Of a stretch of DNA of 64,000 nucleotides, positions 1 through 8,043 are shown piece by piece. Under the pieces are notes generated by a model, which made no database searches, was not told the origin of the DNA, and saw only the letters and a list, made by a program, of their open reading frames with translations. The translations under genes and the position numbers were made by a program. Location of the stretch: the sequence record NC_061443.1. One strand, given 5' to 3'. Position 1 is the first letter of the stretch. Each line of letters begins with the position of its first letter.

Positions 1-287
1 GTCAGGACCAGACAGTTCGAGGTCAGCAGTCATTGGCACGGTACCGTCTGCGAGGATAGCACCTTCTACAGAACCACCGCTGCCTCCCAGCTCTTTGATC
101 ACAGTGCCGTTGAAGTATTTGTACTTGTCTTCGGTGCTGTTGTACCAGATACGTGCTGTCTGGGTTGCAACCAGATCACCAACGATAGGGTCGGCAGCAA
201 GAACCTCAGGACGGAAGTTCTTAATCTGGGCGCCGAGCATTAAATCAAGATTACCAGTACGCATTGTAAATCTCCTGTTGCGTGGGA

Positions 288-1031
288 TTAGAAGAAAGTA
301 CCTTCGCAGTCGTCTAGGCTACAGCGTAGCTTTTGATAGGCCGCAATTCGTTCTTCTGTCAGATTGATATACTTATCATCAATGTTGTACTTCACTCTGA
401 TCGGCACGTCGTACCCATCGAGCAGGCCATGTCGCTTATAAGCATTCAGGCGTAGCACAGGTGAACTGACCTGACCGAATTCCATAATAGTCAGGTCAAT
501 CTTGTCGGCGTATATGAACGGTCGCTCTCTCTTACACAAGATATAGTCTATCTCATGCAAATTAAAGAGTGTGAAATTCATATAGCCAATTATGAACTCC
601 GCAATCAGCCTGAATGAATCAAACATGTCAGGCCTAAATTGTTGTGTGAGAATCTGGTCAACATAGGGTCTGACCTCGGTACGCATCTCGTACCAACTCT
701 CACAGAACAATGCAGGGAAGTCTTCAGGGTGATGGGCCATAAGGCCCAACACGTCTTTCTCTGTATCTGCGAAAGAGCTTAGAATGTCAGCCGCATCTTC
801 GGATGCCTCGACGCCTCTCCCAGTTGAAATAAAACGACGTTCAATGTCTCTCAACCAAGACTCTGATGCAGACAGGTATTGAAGCAGTGTTTCTCTCGCG
901 GCAGCCGAAAACTCATGTCTGTTTGAGTCAAGAACCTCACCCAGCATAAAGGCTTTCGCTTTGTAGAAATCACTATAGCGCTCGGCAGTAAATCGTCGAA
1001 ACCCTATGTTATTCCTCAAATAGCCCATCAT
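288..1031 (-). CDS. hypothetical phage protein
   Basis: 247-aa ORF on the coding strand; start overlaps the stop of the upstream ORF (ATGA). No recognisable motif. Confidence 0.7.
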   Translation of the reverse strand: MMGYLRNNIGFRRFTAERYSDFYKAKAFMLGEVLDSNRHEFSAAARETLLQYLSASESWLRDIERRFISTGRGVEASEDAADILSSFADTEKDVLGLMAHHPEDFPALFCESWYEMRTEVRPYVDQILTQQFRPDMFDSFRLIAEFIIGYMNFTLFNLHEIDYILCKRERPFIYADKIDLTIMEFGQVSSPVLRLNAYKRHGLLDGYDVPIRVKYNIDDKYINLTEERIAAYQKLRCSLDDCEGTFF

Positions 1032-1543
1032 CGCAATGCCCTCAGATCATTCAACTCCGTGTTGCCTTGAGCATTAGGAGTTGTATATAGAGAACTGGAG
1101 ATGCTCTGCAACCGAAGCCCGAGCTTCTCAAGTTCTTGCTGGTTGCCGCCCAACTTCTCAAGGACTTCCTTCATTAGTTCGACGGAGCCTTGATGGTCAC
1201 GGGATTGCTGAGAGATGATTCGTTCGAAACGCTGCATCGCGCGGAGAACAGAGTTCAATCCCTCTTTCATATCTAAATTATCGACTGGTGCAGAATCAGA
1301 GATTGACTGAATCATTCGCATCATATGCGCCATGTCGGCTTGTAGCTCGTCACTGTCTGGATTACTTGTCGTGCCGTTCTCCAGCTCCGCGTTACGCGCC
1401 TTAACTTGCTCCAGTTCTTCAAGCTGAGGCAGTAGTTTCAACCAAACGTAGGCACCACCTGCGATCAGCAGAACTACAGAGAAGACAGTCGCGTAGTTGG
1501 ACGCAAGCAACTTGTCTAAAATTTCCGCCCACATTATATTCAA
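1028..1543 (-). CDS. membrane protein with N-terminal TM helix and coiled coil (possible lysis-related protein)
   Basis: Hydrophobic stretch YATVFSVVLLIAGGAYVWLKLL followed by helical heptad-like sequence; coupled to both neighbours by 4-nt overlaps. Confidence 0.6.
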   Translation of the reverse strand: MNIMWAEILDKLLASNYATVFSVVLLIAGGAYVWLKLLPQLEELEQVKARNAELENGTTSNPDSDELQADMAHMMRMIQSISDSAPVDNLDMKEGLNSVLRAMQRFERIISQQSRDHQGSVELMKEVLEKLGGNQQELEKLGLRLQSISSSLYTTPNAQGNTELNDLRALR

Positions 1544-1824
1544 CCCTTACAGGTGTTATCATTGAGATCGACAATGACCCGTTGAGCACCTGGTTCGTTT
1601 ACGTCAGTGGTTTTGTACGTGTGCGCCATCCTAGGCTTGAACTCCAAGCAGCTTTGTCCGTAACGTCCATCGACTACACAAATGGCGGACAGGCAGCTAA
1701 CATCTTCCTTGAGAATCAAGTTTTCAGGAGATTGGTTAACACTCCTAACGGCAGTGATTACGAAACCCACCACAGCGATAGCAATGACAACCACAATGGC
1801 AATCCTAATTCGCTTGGCTTGCAT
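1540..1824 (-). CDS. small membrane-anchored protein
   Basis: Basic N-terminus, then IAIVVVIAIAVVGFVITAV TM segment; four Cys in the soluble part; GAGGT RBS-like sequence upstream. Confidence 0.65.
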   Translation of the reverse strand: MQAKRIRIAIVVVIAIAVVGFVITAVRSVNQSPENLILKEDVSCLSAICVVDGRYGQSCLEFKPRMAHTYKTTDVNEPGAQRVIVDLNDNTCKG

Positions 1825-1859
1825 TTCGGGCTCTACCTCATGGTCCTTTTATCTGAGTG

Positions 1860-1867
1860 AAATTAGC
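1860..1867 (-). promoter_or_regulatory. GCTAATTT motif, putative late promoter
   Basis: Intergenic copy 36 nt upstream of the ATG at 1824; same motif recurs upstream of other operon starts. Confidence 0.45.
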
Positions 1868-1889
1868 GAACCGTGCGTTCTGTGAGGAC

Positions 1890-2918
1890 TTATTCCTCCA
1901 ATACGCCACTAATCTCCGCAAACATATTCTTGTAGACCAAGCTACCGCCCAGCTTGTCCAATCTGTCAACGAGAACATAGAGTTTCGGTGAGGTGCGCAT
2001 GTTAGCCCACGTCTTCTCATTCGGGTCAAGTCCACCAACAGTCGGCACGATGACCATACTGAGGTTGACGTTAGCTCGAACGAAACCAATGTCCATGTGA
2101 TTCCTGTTTATGCTTCTGAAAAGCCTGTTGATTGCGTCCAAACCTACAGGCTTATTGAATTCCGTATCATTAACAGTATTGACCAAACTTACAAGAATAC
2201 CAGGGTCCTTACTCTCTATATCAAACAGTGCTGTCTTGAGGTCACCGAGAGTAGAGGCAGAGTAATACGCCACGTCGTGGCCGAAGTCTTTCAAACAACT
2301 ACCAAGCGCCCTCGAGGATTCAATATGCGCAACGTTATCATCACGCAAGATGTATACAGGAGCATCAGGCTGGTACGTGCGCTTGGTGATCATGTCGATA
2401 AGCTCACAAGAAGGGCGACCAACAGTGGCCAGCCCTTTGTTTGCGATAAAAAACTTATCTTTATACATGCTGTAGATGTTCGGCGGCATGTATTTCATGT
2501 AGTCGTCATCGAGACTAAGAATCATTCGTGGGTGAGTAATCTGGAGAACGAGTTGCATACTACGCAGAGATGCTTTGTACTCCGAATCAGAAAGCACACG
2601 GCTGATCGGGAGATACTGCACAACAACGAACCTGTCGTCGATAGAATCCACAACGGAACGAATCAACGTACTGCCTAGCGTAGGTCCTGCGGAGAACTGA
2701 GTGACTATCATCAAGCTGTTCTTGACCATACCTCCAGACGAGGCAACAGTAACACTGTTACCCGCCTGCTCCACAGAAGACTCCCACGTTATGGCTGGGC
2801 TGTCTCGTCCGATATCGGCATGTACATAAGCTGCGCCACACCAGAGACAGGCTCCAAGAAGGTAAGCAGCAATACGTTGTCCGGATCGGCCTCGGCTGGA
2901 TTGACAGTCTCGGGCCAT
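1890..2918 (-). CDS. secreted/periplasmic hypothetical protein
   Basis: AGGAG 7 nt before ATG 2918; signal-peptide-like N-terminus RIAAYLLGACLWCGAAYVHA|D. Overlaps the upstream gene by 130 nt. Confidence 0.65.
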   Translation of the reverse strand: MARDCQSSRGRSGQRIAAYLLGACLWCGAAYVHADIGRDSPAITWESSVEQAGNSVTVASSGGMVKNSLMIVTQFSAGPTLGSTLIRSVVDSIDDRFVVVQYLPISRVLSDSEYKASLRSMQLVLQITHPRMILSLDDDYMKYMPPNIYSMYKDKFFIANKGLATVGRPSCELIDMITKRTYQPDAPVYILRDDNVAHIESSRALGSCLKDFGHDVAYYSASTLGDLKTALFDIESKDPGILVSLVNTVNDTEFNKPVGLDAINRLFRSINRNHMDIGFVRANVNLSMVIVPTVGGLDPNEKTWANMRTSPKLYVLVDRLDKLGGSLVYKNMFAEISGVLEE

Positions 2919-3616
2919 AGCACTTCTCCTCTCGCGTCAGTGACGTAAGGAATGCCGGCGCCTTTACCCAATCCATGACGTAAGGCCCAAACAGTATCGG
3001 CATTCTCCTGCACGAACACTAACCCTTTGACCTGCACATCAGATGTTGCATTCTCCAGTACCTCAACACGCTTCTCAAGAAGCTCGGCATCAGATTGCAG
3101 CACACGAATAGCAGACAGGTTAGAGTTAACGCGCTGGTTCATGTTGTTGAACATGGTGAAGAACGAGTTGTTCATCGCCGTGCGAACGCCGTCCGTATAG
3201 GACTTAGGAATTAGTTCATCGTTGTCAAACGTTGTTACGCCTGTACGAGCGAGAACTTTACCGGTAAGACGTCCACCACTTGCGCTAATGATTTGAGGGG
3301 CAGGTAAATCTGCTTCGTCCCAAACCTGAACAGTGGTCATCACCGTATTGTAGTCGGTCTCTTCCTGCCACGTATTTTTATACGGAGCAGTTGCTGCTTT
3401 AGACTTACGACGCATGACTTTTTTATAGCCAGCGTTTGAGCCGTCAGCGATGATCCAGAGACCGTTCAGTGGAAATACATGAGTAATCGGTTCGGCAAAC
3501 GAAAGAATGATCGTAACGTCTGCCCCTACCTTGTACGCAATATCGTTCGACGCTGAAAGACCTTGCTGTTGGGCAAGGGCAATCAACGTGTCCACGTAGT
3601 TAGTCAACTGGCTCAT
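2789..3616 (-). CDS. hypothetical virion/fibre-associated protein
   Basis: 275-aa ORF in the fibre cluster; short coiled-coil segment followed by a small beta-rich C-terminal domain. Confidence 0.6.
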   Translation of the reverse strand: MSQLTNYVDTLIALAQQQGLSASNDIAYKVGADVTIILSFAEPITHVFPLNGLWIIADGSNAGYKKVMRRKSKAATAPYKNTWQEETDYNTVMTTVQVWDEADLPAPQIISASGGRLTGKVLARTGVTTFDNDELIPKSYTDGVRTAMNNSFFTMFNNMNQRVNSNLSAIRVLQSDAELLEKRVEVLENATSDVQVKGLVFVQENADTVWALRHGLGKGAGIPYVTDARGEVLWPETVNPAEADPDNVLLLTFLEPVSGVAQLMYMPISDETAQP

Positions 3617-4076
3617 CCGAAACTCCTAACGATAGTAAAATTGAAGAACTTGTATCGGAGAAGGCCTTAGCAATATGAGAGGCAGCAGCCTTATCGACAA
3701 CGAGAGTGCTGATTCGCCCTTTGGTGTTACACACGATAGTCTGAGGAGAGTACGGTGCAAGAGCAAGAGCAAATAGCAGATGGTTGCCGAGATCGCCAGC
3801 GATAGATACATCAACGTCCAATTCAGGAACGTAGATGTTCTGGTTGATTTCAGCAACAAACTGCGCCAGCGCAACAGGGTCGAATTCGGGCAGCGCTGTA
3901 TCATAACCTTCAACAAGATCAATCTGACCTGTCTCAGGGTAGTAACGGAACGCAGCAGGGTCGGAGAGGATTCTGCCGAATAGCTCGTCGCTGACTTCGA
4001 TACAGTCTGCGTCCGTCTTTTCACGTACACGACCAACGACGCTGTTGTTCGCGGGATTGATACGAATGATAGGCAT
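3600..4076 (-). CDS. hypothetical protein, possible tail fibre assembly chaperone
   Basis: 158-aa ORF directly downstream of a collagen fibre gene; function inferred from position only. Confidence 0.5.
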   Translation of the reverse strand: MPIIRINPANNSVVGRVREKTDADCIEVSDELFGRILSDPAAFRYYPETGQIDLVEGYDTALPEFDPVALAQFVAEINQNIYVPELDVDVSIAGDLGNHLLFALALAPYSPQTIVCNTKGRISTLVVDKAAASHIAKAFSDTSSSILLSLGVSDEPVD

Positions 4077-4078
4077 CG

Positions 4079-4900
4079 TTAATCTCCTTGAGCTGTGTAC
4101 CAGAAGTCCCAGCCAACGGTGTTCGTGCCGCTAGACTTAATGGTAAAGCCACCTAACAAGGCGTTCTCGTTCATCGCACTGGTACCGTCCAAGTTGTACA
4201 GCGTGTACGTCTTAGATTGGTTCGTTGCAGCATTCACAAAGGTGATTTGAAGGCTAATACAACGGTTGATGAACGGGCTGTTGAAGATAACGTGAATGGT
4301 ATCAGTTGTAGACTTGTTCACTACGCGACCCATGTTCTGGGTGTAGCCTGTGTTCATGTCTCGATTGCTACCAACCCACGCGTTCACAATAGGCGCGCCA
4401 GTTACTGGGTCAAGTGCCTGCGATGTACGATATTCATCAATCGCAGAGTCACGTCCTGGGTTACCCGTCGGGCCTGTAGCTCCCGTAGGACCTACTGCGC
4501 CTGTGTTACCGGTTGCGCCTACGGGGCCAGTGTTACCAGTAGGACCGTTACGTCCACGAGGACCACGAGGACCCGGGCAGCCATCGGAGCCGTCGCGACC
4601 ATCACGACCGTTAGCACCAGACAGTCCACGCAGACCCTCTTTACCTTGTTTACCTTCACGGCCAGACTTGAGTTGGTCAGAAGTAGGCAAACCAAGAACG
4701 TTTGACTGACTCCCGTCTGGCCAGACGATAGTGAGCGTACCGGTAGTAGTATCGAACTGAGCACCCTGAGAGCCTGGAATCTTCGCAGCTTCCTGCGGGT
4801 CGATGAACGCTACCGCAGTCGAAGTCTTCTTACCCAATACTTTGCCAACGGGGTCTGAACCGCCGTCGATAAGTGAAGGGTTAATTCGTGTTAAAGACAT
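4079..4900 (-). CDS. collagen-like fibre protein (paralog 4)
   Basis: 24 uninterrupted Gly-X-Y triplets (GRE...GRD) after an FD..TG.L...GLPT domain; C-terminal beta domain resembling tail-fibre tip domains. Confidence 0.85.
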   Translation of the reverse strand: MSLTRINPSLIDGGSDPVGKVLGKKTSTAVAFIDPQEAAKIPGSQGAQFDTTTGTLTIVWPDGSQSNVLGLPTSDQLKSGREGKQGKEGLRGLSGANGRDGRDGSDGCPGPRGPRGRNGPTGNTGPVGATGNTGAVGPTGATGPTGNPGRDSAIDEYRTSQALDPVTGAPIVNAWVGSNRDMNTGYTQNMGRVVNKSTTDTIHVIFNSPFINRCISLQITFVNAATNQSKTYTLYNLDGTSAMNENALLGGFTIKSSGTNTVGWDFWYTAQGD

Positions 4901-4910
4901 GGGTGAGCTC

Positions 4911-5114
4911 CTAACCAGTCAGTGTTGTCCAATCAGGTTGACCCGATTGTCCGGCTTCTGGATTTTTGACTTTCGTGTTGTTGATTGTCATGCGAATCCA
5001 ACGAACAGTTCCGTCTGTATCTTGCCACCGGACCTTCGTGCCACCGTATGCTAAATTAGCTACCCATCTGTCTCTGCTAGGGTCTTTGAATGCTAAACGT
5101 GCATATGCAGGCAT
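4911..5114 (-). CDS. small hypothetical protein
   Basis: 67-aa ORF filling the gap between fibre genes; AAGGA RBS-like sequence upstream. Confidence 0.6.
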   Translation of the reverse strand: MPAYARLAFKDPSRDRWVANLAYGGTKVRWQDTDGTVRWIRMTINNTKVKNPEAGQSGQPDWTTLTG

Positions 5115-5123
5115 AAGTTTTCC

Positions 5124-8000
5124 TTACTCGATTTCACTCGGTTCCCAGCAGAGGATAGGTCGACGCCACACTTGGAACACACCAATAGGTGCAGCACGGT
5201 TGTCATCAATGAAGCAGTCCATTGTACGACCTCCGCTGTTACCGCTCTGCATTAACACCTGCAGGTTAGCAATCCACGAAGCACGTCCACCAGAGTCAGC
5301 CTCAAACAACCCTTCCCATACCATGTCGAAAGCACCATTCCACGCATTGAAGTGATGCGAAGAATAAGCGCCGTCGCCTACAGAACACAAGATCATGTAC
5401 TGATAATCTTTGACACAAGGGATGCCGTAGTTGTTACCACGAGGAACAGTCGCACTGTTATTGTTGAAGATACACTCCCAACCAGTACGGTCCGCTGAGC
5501 CTGTTGTCAAGAACAACGGTCTACGGATGATCATCATGATACCGTTCTCACCACCGTTGTTACTGGACTTCTCGCAATACGCATTGCAGCGCAGCGCACG
5601 GTCTACAGTGAATGTAGTCGAGTTGGAGAAGTCACGGCAGTAGTAGTTCGACCCCCACTTAGGCAGATACTCTGCTGGTGGTACAAAGAAGTGGCGTTCA
5701 GCAAGTTCAACATCACCGTAGCGGTCATACGCAAATACGATGTACTCGTAGCCTGCTTCGATCTGAATGTTATGTCCTTGTGTGCCGGGCCCATTCCACT
5801 TCCAGACAACCTGCCAATCGTTCGTGTCACGGTCAGGCATTTCAGTGATAAGCTGATACGGACGCTCATACACATGCCACACTTTCCCTTCTTCTGTCGT
5901 GTTGATATACAGAGAACTAGGGTCGTTGATGTTACCGTTAGACGTACCGCAATATACTTTATGCGATGCACCAGCAGAGTTATAGATAGTGCCTGAGCCG
6001 ATAGAACCAAACATGTCCCAGTTCATCATCAGGTGAGAGGTACACATTTCGTTCTGGCCTGCCCCGTCCGAGGTCGTAAGCAGATACTCGTTAAGGTCCT
6101 TGAACGCATAGCGCACGTAGTTAGAACCTGCACGGTTGACACGATGTACCCAGTCATGAGATTGAACTTTCGGCACAGGGAAGCATGGGTTAGTGACAGA
6201 CACGACGAAGTTTTTAGTTTCGTACATCGGCAGTTTCTTGAAGCGGTTATCACGAATCGTTACTGTGTGCTTCATGCCGTATGTCTGCGCACCGTCCATA
6301 CCACCCAACACTTTGTAGTACGACTCATGCGCACTCTTGGTATTTTCGTACAAACCAGTGATACCAAGACCAACGTTACCTGCACGGTCTGTACCACAGC
6401 AGTAAGGCACATTGCCTGAATCGAAGTCAAAGCCGACCGAGTAGTAACTATCAGGAGAACTCGATTTAGGTCCCCAGTAGAGTTCAGTGTATGCAGAACC
6501 CTCGCCAATTCCAGGCTCACCGAACACGCAGTACGCAGCACGATAAACATACTGGCTGCCTTGGAACACACGGCGCGATGCACCAATGCGATACATAGCA
6601 GCAGGTAGTCCGCCCTGCACACGGTTAACGTCGGCTGTATCATAAGACACAACGAAGACATAACAATCGGTGCCAATCGAATTGAGGAACGCAGCACAGG
6701 CAGCAGCGTTAGCAGCACCTGGGTTAGTACCTTCGGCCGATGCGTGAATGTCAAACGAGCGGCGTTCAAGCAGCGCAAGGTCTGACTTACGAATTTTATA
6801 GACGTTCAGGCCACGAGTGTCGTTGTATTGAGTACCTGCGTATACAGTATAACCTAAATCACCTGTATCGAGATGGCGTTGATATCCTACGACGTGAGAG
6901 AACAGACGGCTTCGTGCCTGTAGCGATTGGCCATTCTGATTCGACCACGAGACTGACACATCGCCCGCAGCAAGGCGAGCGGCCCAGTCGTCAGGCTTGT
7001 AGGGATACGTTGTCACATCGAAATTAACACCGTATGCCGAGCCAGGTTCTACGCAGCACGGGTCACGGTAGATGATAGGCGGATCGATCACAACGTCATC
7101 AGGTATATCAACTTGACCGCAGTATAACTGCTTCCACGTACCTGGCTGACCTCCCAGTGATCCAGGCCCAGCAGCAGGCGTGGTGTTGAACTGATAGATA
7201 GCAGACGTGCGATAGTTAATCTGGTTATGCAGTTGAGGAACGTTAGTCCACGCTACATGGTTACCAAACGAGTTGATACTCTTATCGTGAGCGGCTTTAG
7301 TGGAGACAACATAAGCTTGCCCATTGCTTCGAATACCTAACGGGTTGAAGATAGCATTGAAGTTAACGTTACCTTCATAGGCATTCTTCTGCAACACAAT
7401 CAGACTAACACCGTTACGATGCGCTTCCCGTATTGCAGTCAACATCGCAGTAGGCATACTTTGGTTTGTTGCCGACAGCAGAAGCATTACGCAACTGAAC
7501 TGTTTGAAATAGCGATAGTCACCATTGTAGCCGTATGCACCAGCGTTAATCTCCTGCCAGCTATGTGCTAACATATCTAGAGGCATACGTTGCATATAAC
7601 CTACAAGCTGTCCCCAAGATTCCATTGAGGTATCATCAGAGACAGGAGCAAGGTCAGAGATGACGAGCATTGTGCTGCCATTGGTGATATTCGAATTGTA
7701 GCCGCGCTGTGTCAAGAAGTGGCGTAACACGCCCATATTGTTGATGGATTTGTTTCTGTAATTACCCAACCAACCGTAGTTTGCGTCAACCAGAGGGCTA
7801 CCGTCACGAACGAATTGCCCGTTCATGAACGCTGCACCGAAACCACACACATAAGCCAACGCATGACCATCTACAACGAACGAGGTGAAACGTGAGGCAT
7901 CGACACCCATCGCATCTACCGCAGCCTCTGTACCGTTTCCAGGGCTGCCGCTGAACACTGGAGTAATACCTCTAGCATACAAGCAACTTTGTTGTAGCAT
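5124..8000 (-). CDS. large tail fibre/receptor-binding-like protein with ILEI/PANDER-like domain
   Basis: 958 aa; segment RGLNVYKI...SFDIH...AAFLNSI...VFVVSYD...YRAAYCVFGEPG resembles the ILEI (FAM3/GG-type) motif pattern; aromatic-rich repeated C-terminal modules. Confidence 0.6.
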   Translation of the reverse strand: MLQQSCLYARGITPVFSGSPGNGTEAAVDAMGVDASRFTSFVVDGHALAYVCGFGAAFMNGQFVRDGSPLVDANYGWLGNYRNKSINNMGVLRHFLTQRGYNSNITNGSTMLVISDLAPVSDDTSMESWGQLVGYMQRMPLDMLAHSWQEINAGAYGYNGDYRYFKQFSCVMLLLSATNQSMPTAMLTAIREAHRNGVSLIVLQKNAYEGNVNFNAIFNPLGIRSNGQAYVVSTKAAHDKSINSFGNHVAWTNVPQLHNQINYRTSAIYQFNTTPAAGPGSLGGQPGTWKQLYCGQVDIPDDVVIDPPIIYRDPCCVEPGSAYGVNFDVTTYPYKPDDWAARLAAGDVSVSWSNQNGQSLQARSRLFSHVVGYQRHLDTGDLGYTVYAGTQYNDTRGLNVYKIRKSDLALLERRSFDIHASAEGTNPGAANAAACAAFLNSIGTDCYVFVVSYDTADVNRVQGGLPAAMYRIGASRRVFQGSQYVYRAAYCVFGEPGIGEGSAYTELYWGPKSSSPDSYYSVGFDFDSGNVPYCCGTDRAGNVGLGITGLYENTKSAHESYYKVLGGMDGAQTYGMKHTVTIRDNRFKKLPMYETKNFVVSVTNPCFPVPKVQSHDWVHRVNRAGSNYVRYAFKDLNEYLLTTSDGAGQNEMCTSHLMMNWDMFGSIGSGTIYNSAGASHKVYCGTSNGNINDPSSLYINTTEEGKVWHVYERPYQLITEMPDRDTNDWQVVWKWNGPGTQGHNIQIEAGYEYIVFAYDRYGDVELAERHFFVPPAEYLPKWGSNYYCRDFSNSTTFTVDRALRCNAYCEKSSNNGGENGIMMIIRRPLFLTTGSADRTGWECIFNNNSATVPRGNNYGIPCVKDYQYMILCSVGDGAYSSHHFNAWNGAFDMVWEGLFEADSGGRASWIANLQVLMQSGNSGGRTMDCFIDDNRAAPIGVFQVWRRPILCWEPSEIE

Positions 8001-8020
8001 GTTAAGTCCTTAAGATCGAC

Positions 8021-8043
8021 AAGAGGGGCCGAAGCCCCTTCTT
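8021..8043 (-). terminator. hairpin, possible intrinsic terminator
   Basis: AGGGGC-TTCG-GCCCCT stem-loop immediately after the stop of 8043..10064; U tract is weak. Confidence 0.5.

Noticed and set aside
5053-5060. GCTAATTT copies at 5053-5060 and 61726-61733
   Set aside because: Inside coding sequence (encoding A-N-L/F) and far from a start codon; probably incidental, so not listed as promoters.
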